In this document: piece after piece, positions 48,781 through 62,866 of the stretch
How positions within the stretch are numbered: position 1 is the first letter of the stretch
Layout of the letters: every line of letters begins with the position of its first letter
DNA from: Lama guanicoe
Lineage: Eukaryota
DNA: 64,000 nucleotides
Direction: 5' to 3'
Assembly: GCA_013239625.1 (NCBI GenBank)
Contig: MU054187.1
Span: 21,703,280-21,767,279, forward strand
Position numbers and translations under genes: made by a program
Notes under the pieces: generated by a model
Told to the model about the DNA's origin: nothing
The model's input: the letters and a program-made list of their open reading frames with translations, nothing else
The model's database searches: none

Positions 48781-51084
48781 GATTATAGAAATGGGCAGTC
48801 TTTTTTTCTTTTAACCCTTCAGTGACAGAAGCACTTAATTTAGACTCAGAATAAACACCCATGACATATTCTGTATAATAAAGTAGAATAGACCAGACCA
48901 GACCTTCCACCTTTCTGTCTAGGTCAAATTCTAGAAATTTGGAAATATCTAGAAAATTCTGGAAATATCTGCAGGATAGGAACCTATAAATGGAAAAAGA
49001 AGATTAACTCTTTGTAGTGAAGGAAAAATGGCTTACTTCTGCAGGTTAGTATAAAGTTGTAGGAGGTAGACCAGAGGTTTTGGAGTTTTACAGCGGTTTT
49101 GGAGTTTTACTATTTTCTATTGTTCAAATTCAAATATTATATTGCTTGTGTATATGTTTGTCTCTCAACGAGTCCATGGACTCTTCAGGGGCCAGGTCCA
49201 CTCACCTTTGTACTTCCATCCAGGATTCCATATTTCCAGTGCATGGGAGGTGTAGCATAAACATTGGCTGAATGAAATAAAATTTCCTGAAGCATAAGAA
49301 GTAGAGAAGGGATTGTAGCTAATGCACTAAAAATGGCCTTAAAGCTCTGTCATCTTTAGCATAACTGAAAAATACCCAGAAGAACATTTCTTTCTATCTT
49401 CTTATAGTACTGTTCCTTGGGAGTGGTAGGAGCTTGACAAATATGTTTTTGTTTAAGTAAGCAGATTTTACCCAGAGTAATCTCCTGGCCAGACGCCTAG
49501 AAATCTTGAACCTGAACTAATTACAGTCACAAAGGAGGGTGAAATATCTGAAGGCAAAGAACAGTCAAGTCCATATCACAGAAGCAATAAAAATATTCAA
49601 AGAGTACATGAAGTTCTGGGTTAAAATGCAAGTAATGGTTAAAAATTACAGGAATTGGGAAATATTTGGCAGGTGCATGTTTAAAACTCAGAAAAACTGG
49701 CAACCGCAAAGGAGGCATCGAGCTATTAATTGACAATTTGACACTCCAAATTTCAAAAGTGTTTAAAAAAAAAAAAAAAGAAGGTGCTTTGAGGTAATCC
49801 AGTTTAGCTGTGCTGAAATCCTAAGAATGACATAGGCACCTGTATTATGATAAATGCAACAAAAATACTGGCTTAGACTGTACACCAGAGACTGACACAT
49901 TGTAACTGAGTATACAATAAAGAAAGACAAGGAAAAAATACTGAGCACTATAGGGTATTTCACAAACATTTGGCACCTTCAAAACTTTTTTTTTTCCTTT
50001 TGGATTAGAAAAGACATGAAGAGTCATTGTAGAAGTTTGGATAATGTGAAGTATAATGAAGAAAATGAACAACCAGCAATTACTGCATTTTGATTTAACT
50101 CACCACCATCCATCTCCCATTTGGATTCCTGTAATAGCTTCCTGACTGGTTGCCTGGCTTTAATCTCTACCCACCCCAGGAGCCGAAGGAATCATGTATC
50201 CCCTGTGCATAAAACAATGCCTAGCACGTAAAGGGAATCCAACAAATACATTTGAAAAATGAATAAATCCCACCAATTAGATTTTTTAAAATATGCCTCT
50301 TTGCAGCCCCTTTTTCTAAGCAAATATACTATGTTGTTTATTAAAAATTAAAATTTCTAGATAAAAATTTATAATCTACAAGTGTAAACATAGACACTTG
50401 TTCAGTATATTTAAAAATATATTTAATGTCTTTCTGAAATTACATCTTTTTGATGTACAATGTTATCAGCCCTCTTATGATTAGCATGTCTGTTGTTTCT
50501 AATCTCTTCTGTTACAAATACATCGTGATGGATACCTTTCTACGTAGATCTTTGAGTGATCTCCTTATATTTTCTTGGAGAACATGACTAGGAATAAGAT
50601 CTAAGATTATGAACACTTAAAATACTTGATTTAAATTACCAGATTCTTTCCAGAAATTGTCTGTTATTATCTATTTTACATTTCTGCCAACAGTGTATGA
50701 ACATGCTTATTTCACCATATCCTTATTAATATGGAGTGTTGATACTGTTTAAGAAAATTAAATTTTCATTAGGAAGAAAGAGCATAGAATCTTTTTAAGA
50801 TGATACATCTTTTGAATTTAATATTATGTTTACAGTATAGTTTTGTTTCTTTTGTCACATTAACTGATTGATTGCTTAGGAATCAAAATAGACAAAATTT
50901 AAAGGTGAGGGGAAAAAGACAAGCAGGAAGTATGAATATTCAGTTTCTGACTCGTGCAGCTGGGTGTGTGGCGGTGCCATTTAATAAGATGGAGAAATCT
51001 GTGATTGGGAGATTGGGATGAGAGGATAAAGAATTCCATTCTGGATACCAGAAGTTGCAGCCATTAAATACAGTTCAGTGGATC

Positions 51085-52290
51085 TAGGGCTGTGCTGATC
51101 AGAATAGCAGCCACTAACCACATACAGCCATCAATCATCTGCAATGGGGCTACCCTGAATTGAGATGTTCTGTAAGAGTAAATTACACATCAGATTTAGA
51201 AAACTTAGTAAGAAAAAAGATGTACAAGGCATAATTGTGTCCATTAAGATCCAACCAGGAAAGAGAAATCATACAATAATTTGAACAGGAAAAGTTTACT
51301 GTAAAGAATTATTAACTCTAACAGGGAACAAGATGTAAAAGAGAACTCTAAGGACTCTTCTTAGGCTAAGGGAGAGTTTGGAAGGAAGGATAAACTTGGC
51401 AGTCAGCCTCCTCTCCAAGGTTGGGATTCAGATCCCTGGAGAAGTGTGGTCGCAGCCCACCCACGGGATGGCAGAGAAGTCTGAGGGGTGGCCCAGGCCA
51501 GAGCGGGCCCAAAGTTGCCAGGCGAGCAGAAAATGCCCGTCCAGGGTAGTGTGGGATAAATCTGGCATATGGGTTGCAAAGGGACTCAGAGCATGGGGAA
51601 CCAGCTCTCTGGCAGGGTGGTGGACACCTATGGTGTAGACGTCTGGATTGGAAACATCACGAGAGACACCACCCATGGTGCAGGCCCCCTGAGGCTGGTG
51701 GGCTGGTTTGCAGGGGGAGCTGGGGCATTGGTTTGCCAGAAGTGCTGCATGAGAACTGGAGTCTGTGGTGTCCGCTTCTGGAGGTCCAGCGGCAGGGCCA
51801 CGGGCTGGGGCTGAGGCTGAGGCTGTAACTTGCTGAGGGACTGCGCACTCTCGGTGTGAGCCTGGGCCAGGGTGCCCCTATCAGCCCACCCACACGTGTC
51901 CCTGCTTGCAGCCCGAGAGTGGCAAGAAGAAAAACAAAAACTTTAGCACCCCAGAACCAGGAACCCAGTCGCCCCTCCTGCAGTGTCCCTCAACTGAAAA
52001 AACATTAACACTGTGCCCGCTGCAAAGAATTCTTAAAGCTTCATTATCACAGAGCAGGTAACGCATGATGAATTAGAGCCGAGAGATAATAAATTGATAA
52101 CTCATTACATTACACACTTATTAACTATTTTTTATATTAATTCATGCCGAAACAACAGTGTTTTGAATATATTGGGCTAAATAATTCAAACATTTCATTG
52201 AAACAAATTTCACTTTTCTTTTTGCTCTTTTAAAATGTAACTAGTTGAAAATGTAAAGTTACGTATGTGGCTTGCACTCATGGCTCACAT
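51085..52290. mobile_element. MER33-like hAT element split by an ~870-bp LTR-like insertion (about 51237-52110)
   Basis: Left part ...aattgagatgttctgtaagagtaaattacacatcagatttagaaaacttagta; right part ...aaatgtaaagttacgtatgtggcttgc; GC-richer insert between them. Confidence 0.6.
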
Positions 52291-52429
52291 ATAATCGTGC
52301 ATGATGCTGGAAAAGATACCTAAGCAATGTAGGTTACATACGAGATATTGACAGAAGCACCCAGGAAGAGAGCTTTGAGAGGACAGAGCCTAGCTGAGAG
52401 CCCCAACCCCTGCCCAGATTTAAAGGTCG

Positions 52430-52937
52430 GTGCGATGGTCAGTTTCACGTGCCAACTTGACTGGGCCACAGGGTGCTGGGATATTTGGTCAAACATTATC
52501 CTGGGTGTTTCTGAGAGGGTGTTTTTGAATGAGATTAGCATTTATATCAGTACACTGAGTAAAGCGGATTGTCCTCCGTAATGTGAATGGGTCTTGTCCA
52601 ATCAGTTGAAGGCCTGAATAAAACAAAAAGGTTGCACTTCTCCCAAGTAAGACCGAATTCCTCCTGCCTGCCTGCTGATGAACTGGGACCTTAGCTTTTT
52701 ACTGCCCTCAGACTGGAAAGGAAACACTGGCTCTTCCCAGGTCTTAAGCCAGTTGGCCTTCAGGCTGGATCACCATCAGCTCTCCAGGGTCTCCAGCTTG
52801 CTAACTCATCCCGCAGATCTTGGGACTCAGTTTCCATAATTGTGTGAACTAATTCCTTATAATAAATAGCTTTCTAACACACGTGCACACACACACAGTA
52901 TGTGGTTCTGTGTCTCTGAAGAAACCTTACTAACACA
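52430..52937 (+). mobile_element. ERVL LTR (MLT2-like)
   Basis: gtgccaacttgactgggccacagggtg...ttggtcaaacattatcctgggtgtttctg...ggttctgtgtctctgaagaaaccttactaacaca. Confidence 0.85.
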
Positions 52938-55900
52938 GTTGAGTTAGAAAGAAAAACCCAAGGAGCACCAGAGAGAATAGGTGGGTAGCAAATGGGGGGT
53001 GTATGTGTGTCCAGGGAGAAACTTTTTCCCTACGAAGAGAAAATTCTAGAACACATTAGTACGCTGATGGCAATGATGAAGAGGGAGTAGAGTTGGTAAT
53101 GTGGGTGATAAAGGCTATAATGGTATGAGTTTGGGAGGTGGGGTTTGCTAGGTGTGCCAGGCTAGTGCATAAAGCCTTCAGTGGTGGCACCGTGGTGTCC
53201 AGGTGGGGAACTGCTTGGCGTGAGGGTGTATCGAGCCTTGCCTAGTGCTGAGATGGGGATCTGGGTACTGTTCTTGATAGACTAGCCTGCCCTTTCCTAG
53301 GGGACAGAAGAGGGTAAATAAACTTTATAAGAGCTGATGACAGAATGTCTGTTCACACCCTAATTTCTCTCTGTCATTATATTTCAGAGAGTTGACAGCA
53401 ACAGGGTGACTTTGACTTACTCATTCCAAGCCAAGGGACAATTAACTCAGTTCTTTGGCAGCTGAATTCTTTTGGCCTGAATGATCTGGACTTTTCAACA
53501 CTGTTCTGATAGTTACACAGCTTCATTTCGTTTTAAGTAATCTTAGCTCCCTCCTTTCCTCTTTCACACTCTATCCACTTTTATAACACGCTCAAATAAG
53601 ACATGAAACACTATAAGACGTAGATACATTTCTGTTAGGAAACCATGTGAGACTACACGAAAGAACAAAAATGTAGAAGGCAGGTTTTAGCAAAGTGCTC
53701 TCGTCTGACAGTACAGGACACATTGTTTGGATCTAGTTTCTGACAAGTTACAATCTGAGAAGTGACTTGAGAGGTGAGTCATTTTAGGCACTGTTTCAAT
53801 TCAGGTCTGAGAATTCTCATCTTGGCGTGAAACCTCGGTGCCTTGAGCAAGACCTTTAGTCCCTTCGGGCCTCAGTGTAATCTCCTGGAGAGATTGCCTT
53901 GTGCAATCCTACCCTCAGAATAACCTTAGGACTGAGAAATGAAAGAAATCAAATCGAACGTAGTATCTGCTCCATAAAATCAACACTCGCCACAAGATAT
54001 CAAATAAATCAAATCATAAAGAGAGTCATGGGATTAATGAGTCCCAGCTGTGCAAGTCACAGCGCTTGATAAGTGAAGGAAACGGGCACAAAGTGAAGCA
54101 CCTTGGACTTGGGAATCTGCAGACTGGGGCTGTGTCCCTGACTGTGTGGCTTGCCTCTCTAGGTGACTAAGGAACGAGGAAACTTGCTCAGGTCAGTTTC
54201 ATGCTTGGAAAAAGTCAGATGAAAATAGCCACTTCAGTTCACGCTGGGTGTTTTAAAAGAATCCCTGGAAAAAGTGTGCATCTCAGAGGAAGAGTCTGTG
54301 TATAGCCCCTAACAAAAGAATATTAATCCATACCTAGATATTTCCTTAATGTGCTACTATAACTTAATTAAATGGCTAGAGTTGTAACTTACAAGTGCCT
54401 CTCGCAATGTGCAGTCTGATTCATTGAGGAGAGGTGACTTAAGCATGCTTTTCTGCAAAGGAAACTTGTACTTGATCTAACTGGCTCAAGAGTGAAATGG
54501 AGATAACGACCATAGCCTTGGTCAGGATTCCTGGGTTCTCTGGTCAGTGTTAATCTTCCTTGTTTATACTCGATGGTTTGAACTCAGAGACAGAGGCTTC
54601 GTGTTAAGAAGAAAGCCTCTACAGAGTTATAAAAGGTTACTTAGCAAGCTCATAAGTTCACTGATTTGAGGGGGTAGAAGGTTTCTGTCCCCGCCAAATT
54701 CTTTTGAAAAGAACTAAAACCCACAGGAAAAGTGTAAAAACAGCATCGTGAGCCCCCAAATATCCCTCAGTGAGTCACCAATAACTGACTGAGACATTTG
54801 AGAGTCAATTGCAGACAACAGGGTGCTTCACCCTTATGGCTTCAGCATTCTCTCTGGTGAATCCGTCTGAACCATGTGAATTTTTTTTTTCTTCTTTGAG
54901 GTCACTGAGTGATCGTGAATGAGGAAGGTAGCAGAATAATGTTGATGGCTTTTCTGACTTAGCATGCCTGCCAAATATCAGAATTCTTGGTGGTGACGCC
55001 ATCTGTCTATCTTAGGTAATTTTAACTAAGAGTCACACCATTCATCTTGAAAACATAGACAAAAGTTCTTGAACGTTGATCATAGCTAAGAAGAGTCTGA
55101 AGCTGTTATGATTTGGGCATCTTTTCTTTTTTTTTTTTTTAAGAGGAATACAAAATTACAAATACAGAATTAGGTATAGAGCCTTATAAGAAGTTCGTAA
55201 GCGAGGAGCCATAAAGTTTGTTTTATTTGCTTAATTGACGTTGGGCTGTTATTGCTTTTAGCATTTTTCAGTGAACAGAATATTCAAGTCCCACACCACA
55301 GTGGTCATCTTAGCTTTCACCATTGCATATTTGTATAAACCAGAATGAAAATCATTGGTTCCAGTATATTTACCCATTATTCTTTCTTAAAATATTCACA
55401 AAAATGGTTACAGAATCACAACGCCCATATTACTACCAAAATCAAATCTAGCAGCAAAGTGCAAGATTATCTTTCAGTTCTTCTTAGTACGTTATAAACC
55501 CCACTAAGGGTATTCAGACACAGTGCTCTATTCAAACATTTATTTTTTCTGTGTGGTTATATTGTCAACTTAATATACAGTTAAGTTCATTTATTTCTGT
55601 CTAAATCAATTTTAGGGTTTTTTTAAATCCTCTTTAATTTCTTTGAAAATATAATATATTTCTTTATGATTAGAAACTTAAAAAGATATACTGAGAAATT
55701 TCCCTCACACCCCAATCCTGCCACCCCATCCCCACCAATCCTCTATTAAGAACCATTTTTGTTAATTTGTGGTTTATCCGCCATAAGTTTTTTGGAGAAA
55801 ATCTGCAAATATGTATACAAATTTTTCCTCCCCTTTTTAAAAATGAAACAAAATGTAATATACTAATTATGCTCTTTTGCACTTCTGTTTTTTCTTTTTT

Positions 55901-56539
55901 CTTTTTTCACCCCCTATCTGTTCATGGAGATTGTCTTCATTCTTTTCAAAGCTTGATAGTAGCCCATAATGCAGATGTGCTACACAGATTATCTAACCAG
56001 TTCCTGTAAATGGTAATTTGACTGTTTCTAATATTTAGGTTGCTCTCTTGGAAAACTGGATAGATTGCACAGTAAATTCAAGTCAGAGGAATTTGTGTAT
56101 CCAAGCAGTAAAAGTAATAATTTGGGAAGGATTTGAAACCCACTAAATGGAACTTCTTTAGTGGTTTTGGTCCATTCATTCATTTATCCGTTCATTGAAC
56201 GACTATTCTTGAGCATTAGGGACTGACATTTACCTAGAGCACAGTTCACCTTGATGTGCTAAATCACCTGAGTTACTGAAAATGGGTACACCGAGCTCCT
56301 TAGTGACTCATTCCTTGGGTTCATAAAACATGAGGTGGTTGATCTGAGACAAGGACACCATGGGAAAATGGTTCGTGGAATTTTGAGCTTCTGCAAACTC
56401 TTTCACTGCATTGATACCAGGCATAAATATATCCCCAAACGTATCTGTGTCTATAGACTTAGTGGAGAATTAGGGCACTTAGCTAAGTAGGCCAGGCTTA
56501 ACTTTTCAGTATTCTTAAATGCATGGATTTATGTATTTG

Positions 56540-56712
56540 AGATATATCTTACATGTGTGTAAGATTCATGTGTGTGTTAAACACATATATCTTACATGTA
56601 TTTAAGATGTATCTTAAGTATTTGATATACTTATAAAGCATATATATCTTATATGTACTTATATATTTTATATATACCCATATATGTGTGTATATAAATA
56701 TATATATGTATA
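56540..56712. repeat. TA-rich low-complexity purine/pyrimidine-alternating tract
   Basis: Repeated catatatatctta / tatatat units. Confidence 0.8.
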
Positions 56713-57799
56713 TTGTCTTCTGTGGTGCAGGTGAATATAGATCAGACCTCATTCTTAAAAGCTTGGTTCCTAAATGAACCCAGTTGTGCCACAGAATATG
56801 GAATATGGAAGCCCAGGCTTTCCCCTAGCTGCATGAGAAGCATAAAGTTTATTGTACTTAATGCTGTATGAAAACTTTTTTCTCCCGTTGCATTCTAACC
56901 TCATTAAGATCTACATCGGCAGAATGAGCTACAGGCTCACCAGGGCGTATTTAGGTCAGGTCTAAAGAAGAATGGTTCAAATTGATCCTTATTCAGTGGT
57001 CCCTAAACAATGCAGTGGTTACTTAAAGAGGGACCTCCTGGGACTCGCAATTACCACATTGTGCAGCTGCCCTTGTGGATGGGAAGAGAAAATGAAAGAT
57101 ATTTAAACAGCCACTCTTAGGGCTTTCATGGAAGGCTCATGCCCATTAAGAAACTTTTTGCATTCGTTTGTCTAGAAGTAACACTGCGCATTTCGATTTG
57201 AAATTTCAAACGGACCCAGCTCAAACCCTTAGGCAGCTGAAACAGTAATTATAGTCCTAGCGGGGTACACAGTTCTTATTTTTCACTCAGAACCCAGAAC
57301 ACCCACCACACCAGGACAGAAATTCAAGGCTCCACAGTCAGTTCCGTCTACCATCTAGGGCAGCAAGCTTATGAAGCATCCGGGAAAAGATGGTCTGGAC
57401 ACCTTCCTCTCTGCAGGGTCAAGACAACAGAATGTCAAAGCCAGATACCAAGTATCAGTGAGCAGCCTTGGTTCCGCCACTGCCCGAGCCGTAGGCTCGC
57501 AGAGGGCAGGGGCAGCATGAATGGGCGGGTGGAGGTCGTTCTTCTTCAACAAGGACCTCTAGGCTCCTATTAGCTGCGTGATCTCGGGCGGTTTACTTAG
57601 CTTTTAAGCCTCATTTTATTTTCTCCTGTGGGGCACTTACAGTATCTTCTTCAAAGGAGAGTTATGAGGATCTAATAGAAAAATGTGGGTAAACGTCTTA
57701 GCTAGGACTATGTCCCGTGGTAAATCCTAAATAAATAGGAGCTAATTTTTCTCCTGTGGCTATTAGCACTGCTTTTAATGCTTTGTATTTGTAATCGCC

Positions 57800-58620
57800 A
57801 CCGCTACCATCTCCGACCTCCTCATTCTCTGCCCGGATCCCCACCTCCCAGCCTGGCGGCTCCCGGCTGGGTGACTCATTCATTCCCAGGACAGCCCCCC
57901 AGGCAACATCCTGTCCAGGATGACCACTTCTCAGAAGGCAGGAAAGCCCCTCTGGAAACCCTTCTTTCTCTCCTTCCTTCCTCTCTCCCGCCCGCCCCAC
58001 CCCCTGCCTCCCCGTGAAGCACAGTCTCCCTTCCCCGAGTTCAAACTAACAGAGGTGCTGGCACCAGGGACTCAGCCCACATCCTCCCGCCCCCGCGGGG
58101 CGCCTTCCCTGCCCGCCGCTGCCCCCTGGCGGCCGAGGCCGAGAGCGCCCTGGCCCCTGGGTTCCAGGGCCCCCACTTTTGCGGGCTGAGCCCCGCGGTC
58201 CCCGCCCTCCGCCGGGCCGCTGCCCGCCCTCCCCCTCGCCCGCCCCGCTCCGTCGCTGCTCTCGGTTCCCGGCAGCTTCTTCCTCTGCCTCCACCCCGAG
58301 GGACCATGTCGAGGTTCAGCTGGGGGTACGGCGAGCACAACGGTGAGCGCCTTCTGCGGATCGGAGGGGTGAGGGAGGGGGGCTCTGCGCCGGGGCGGTC
58401 GAGGGGGACCGCGAAGACCGCACGCTGCCCATCAGCACTTGCCAGCAACTTCGGTTCCTCTTTAGAATGAGCAGCGCTCCCGGAGCCAGACGCAGGAAGC
58501 GAGGGAGGGCTCAGTCCTGGGTGGACGGGGCGGGCGTCTCCCGGGGGCTGTCGATAGTGGGGGTGCTGGCCCTGTTCAGATCGCCCCGACCCCGAGCGCT
58601 TCCTGTGTGTTCACTCGCCT
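57800..58620 (+). promoter_or_regulatory. CA13: CA13 CpG-island promoter
   Basis: CpG-rich, several CCGCCC boxes upstream of the ATG, AP-1 site at 57872. Confidence 0.85.
58306..58342 (+). CDS. CA13: Carbonic anhydrase 13 exon 1 (MSRFSWGYGEHN-G)
   Basis: ggaccATGT; alpha-CA N-terminal WGY motif; donor AACG|gtgagc. Confidence 0.93.
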
Positions 58621-59779
58621 TTCATTCGGAAAGCCAAAAACTTTCCCTAGTAGTAACTACTTACCAATCAAAGGCACGGAGGTTAGAAATCTGATGACAC
58701 ACTTCAGCGAATTGAGGACAGACTTGCTTTCAGTCTTTTAATTAAGCTCATTATTCACCTAGGGGAAACAAATCATGGAAAATATTTGAAAATATACTTG
58801 AGAAATTCTAATGACTTGAATTGCAACACTGAAGACTTAAGTTGCCTTCTTGGCAACCAAAAGACTGCAAATTTCTTAATAGCTGTTACTGTAAAAGGGT
58901 CCACTAGCAACTCGCAGTTGGCTAACTGGTACTGCTGGTTTTAGCAAGATTTTAGGTTCTTTCTGGGAAATGAAGTTATATTTTAAGCTACTTCTCCACG
59001 CTTAGCCCTTCTCCCACATTTGTCCTTGCAGAAACTGTTAGCAAAGGATTATTGGAATTTTAACACATTGGTAAAAATGTGTTTATTGATGGAAGCAACA
59101 GTAATAATAAGATGTAGATACATTTCTTCCTGTATATTCTCAATTGTCAAAAGTGAATCATTTTTCTTGTTTTTACATTAAACTGAACTGATTATTTCAA
59201 TTTGAAATAACTACAAAGTGACACCAAGAAAGCTTTATAGTGAGTCACTTGCCAATATTAGGTCTGTGAATAATAACTGTAATATCAACAATAATAATGC
59301 TTTCCTTGGATTAACATGCATATTATTGAGAAGTACTGTAGAGGTGATTTTATAGAAAGTTTACTTTCACAGAGAAACAGAAATTTTATTTCTAACTGTA
59401 GCCTTTTTGAGGCTATGATTAACCTGCCAACTTAAAAATGGCAGTGTGTGAAATTCAGAGTTTTAAATAATGGAGGGTGTAATTTAGATGGATTTCTTTT
59501 TGATGGAGACTATAATTATAAACTCATATTTTGCTAATTTTCAATTTATGCTTGGCAAAGAAACCCACAAAATGAACTTCTTTTAATTTCCTTCCCTGCT
59601 AGGAATAATTTTTAGTACTGTTATTTGGTAGTTACTGAGTGTCAACAGTGTCCTCACTATGACTAGGAAGAAGGGTATTTTCGATCAGTGGCTATTGATT
59701 CCTATTTAATACGGTGGAAAATATGGCGTCAGTGAAGCTCGTCCCCTGAAATTTTAAAAACTCATCTTAGAAATAGGTG

Positions 59780-60570
59780 AGGGAGATTAAGAGGTATAAC
59801 CGTCCAGTTACAAAATGAATGAATCACAAGGGTGAAATGTACATTGTGGGGGATATAGTCAAAAATTACGTAATATCTTTGAATGGTGACAGATGTTGAC
59901 TAGACTTACCAGGGTGATCATTTTGTAATGTATAAAAATGTTGAATCACTATGTTGTGCACTAGCAACTAACAGTGTGGTAGGTAAATTACGCTTTAAAG
60001 GAGGGAGGGTAGAGCTCAGTGATAGAGCACATACTTAGTGTTCATGAGGTCCTGGATTCAATCCCCAGTACCTCCATCAAATAAATAAATACATAAATAA
60101 ACCTAATTACTCCTCCCCCCCCAAATTATGCTTTAAAAATAAATAAACAAACTCATAAACAAAGAGATCAGATTGGTGATTACCACAGTGGGTGGGAAGG
60201 AAGAATTGGATGAAGGTGATCAAAAGGTACATTCTTCTAGTTATAAAATAAATAAGTACTGGGGATGTAATGTACAACAAGATGTAACAACATGATATAA
60301 TTATATATAATAGTGTAATTATAATTAACATTACTGTATGTTATATTTGAAAATTGTTAAGAGAGTTAATCCTAAGAGTTCTCATCAAAAGGAAAAATGT
60401 TTTTTCTATATCTTTAATTTTGTCTCTATATGATAGATTTTCATGAAACTTATTATAATCATATCATAATGTAAGCCAAATCATTTTTCTGTACACCTGA
60501 AACTTATACAGTGCCAATTATATCCCAATAAAACTGGAAGAGAAAACTAAAATAAAAATTGGAAAACATT
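59780..60570 (+). mobile_element. L1MA-like 3' end fragments
   Basis: aaggtacattcttctagttataaaataaataagtactggggatgtaatgtacaaca...ttgttaagagagttaatcctaagagttctcatca. Confidence 0.8.
60000..60122 (+). mobile_element. vic-1-like SINE with a 15-bp target-site duplication
   Basis: gagggtagagctcagtgatagagcac...ggattcaatccccagtacctcc. Flanked by aaattacgctttaaa and aaattatgctttaaa. Confidence 0.85.
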
Positions 60571-61078
60571 AAAAAAAAATCCACCTTAGAAAAGCCATTA
60601 ACAAGGAGTGATTTTGTATTTCTGCTTTGAATGCAATAGCTCTCTGAGGACCACACCTTCAAGTAGATCAACTCTGGCAAACTCCTATTGGAAATATGTT
60701 GTCTCCTGACTGGGCAAGTTTCGTTTCTTGATTTTGATTTAGACAAGCAAGAGCAGCGAATGAGCAGATAAAAGGAAACTTAAGCTGGGAATAGTGGTGA
60801 TGATAAAATGGATCATCAAGAGGTGAAGCATCAGAAGGGGGTACCACCTTCATGAACAGCTTCTAACTTCTTCCACTAATCTTTGATAGTGTTATTGGTT
60901 TAGTTTAGGAAATGTGACAACCACTGAAAACTACCTCACTCTATGGATATTCAAAAGTTCCTGAGTCAGTGGTAGAACCATCATCTATCTCTCCTTATGA
61001 ACTGTGTTTAAATGGGTTTAAAGTTGGATGTTTTGGAAAAATTTATAAAGAAGGACCTCTTTAAGAGGCAGGGAAATA

Positions 61079-61141
61079 AACCTACCATAGTGGCCAATAG
61101 ATAATATTGAACCTACCATAGTGGCCAATAGATAATATTGA
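61079..61141. repeat. Perfect 31-bp tandem duplication
   Basis: aacctaccatagtggccaatagataatattg occurs twice. Confidence 0.95.
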
Positions 61142-62866
61142 CTAATTGATGCAAGGTGGTATTATTTTTATTTTATTTTGGTTTGCCTCTGCTTTTAAAA
61201 ATAGTTCTGGTTATAAAGGACTGGAAATAGGAGAGTAGGGGAATTAAAAGGAGAAAGAAGCTCTTTCCTGATTGGAAGGAAGTTAACAACTTTATGACAC
61301 ACACATTGCATATTTGAAATCTGATTCTCATTAGGTTAACTCGTATTTGGGGATAGTGAAGTAGAATTTTTTTTTCACGTTAAAAAAAAAAGGGCTAGAT
61401 TGTATCCAAAAAAGTACTAGGAAGGTAAATGAGGATGGTTAACAAGTAAGGAAATGCATGCAATACCTTTTCTCCAATAACTTCTAAGCAAGGACTTTTG
61501 AAGTTCAAGTAGCTTTTAAGTCCAAAGTGTATGATTCGTAAGAGAACAACTTCTAAATTATTTGGTTGTGTATTCATGCTGTGACTTCTTGTACCTGAAG
61601 CATATGTGAAAGAATTTATACTTTTTCCTTTGTTAAAAAGAAGAGTCATAAGGTGCATTAGATTTAGAAGTTGAAGCTGTTGATGATTGTGATATATTTG
61701 CATTTCTTGAACTTTCATTCTGGATCTTCCCTTTAAAAAAATATTTGTTCTTGTTAGTAACAAATGCCTAATTCATTATCGTGCTGTGTTATTTTAACAG
61801 GGACTCGAGTCTTAGAGAAATCAAATTAGTTGGTTAAAGAAGTTAGAAAAAGCTTAGTCAGCAGCCCCACGTGCTACTGACCTGGTGGTGGCTGTGTAAA
61901 TTGCAGGCACACGGAGAAAATAAGAACCTTTCATTTGTAAAGTGACTCACGGCTGTAGAATGGCTTGCAGCTTACTTGAAACTGCAACCTTGCTGTTGAT
62001 CTTGAGAGTCAAGAACTTGAATCGAGTCTCTCAGAGAAATGAAGAGACCAGACAAGGGAACTTCCAGTTTATTGGTTCACCTCGATTTGCCAAATGTGTC
62101 TGATTTGGGAATTAATGCCATCTTGACTTTGTGAATGGAGGACTGGGATGACAGTGGTCCCTTGTGTTGGAATTCAGAGTATTGTAATAACCATGGAAGG
62201 ATCTTCTGAAATATATAGAGAAATAACTTGTTACCTGACTCCTCTGCAGAAAACCAACAATATGACATTTCCTGACATGGTGTGGACTTTTACATGGATT
62301 ATTCTATGTGATAAACTTATATATTTTCTTAGTATACCCGTTGCACATTTACAGGTAATTGAGTGGAGGCGTAGGTAACACCCAAAGGTACGGTAAGTGA
62401 TGAACCAAGGAGCAAAGCATCTTTAAGAACTACACCCTTTTTCGGCCACACAGATTTTTCAGCTCCATGAATTCTTTCAGTGCATCGACTTGACCTGTGG
62501 AGTTATCACAGCTCATTCTTAGAGCTGAGACTGAATCGCATTGTGTTCAACGGTGAATTGCATTGTTGTTTTTAGTTTGGTAGAAGGCGTTTGCAAAATA
62601 CTTTATGAACTACGTGCTCTTTTGTCTGCCGGGGTTAGTTTAATTCTGAAGGTGAGTTAAGGCAAACCTATAAGAAAAGCAACTCAGCTTGTAAAACAAA
62701 ACAAAATTTAAAAAAAGCAATTAGATGTTAAAGTGCTGAGGATAAAAATCTTATTTTATTAATCTTTGTTTTTTCTCCAATCTCAAGCGCAGTGCTTGGC
62801 ACTCAAGAAATATTTGTTGAATGCAATAACTTATACAGTCCTTTTCTTTTGTCCTATATATTAAAG

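Noticed and set aside
57698..58694. Multiple ORFs around the CA13 promoter
   Set aside because: CpG-island artefacts; only 58306-58342 is coding.
60000..60080. tRNA gene-like A/B boxes (also at 8600, 26830, 29130 and 63250)
   Set aside because: These are SINE heads with AT-rich tails and target-site duplications, not intact cloverleaf tRNAs.
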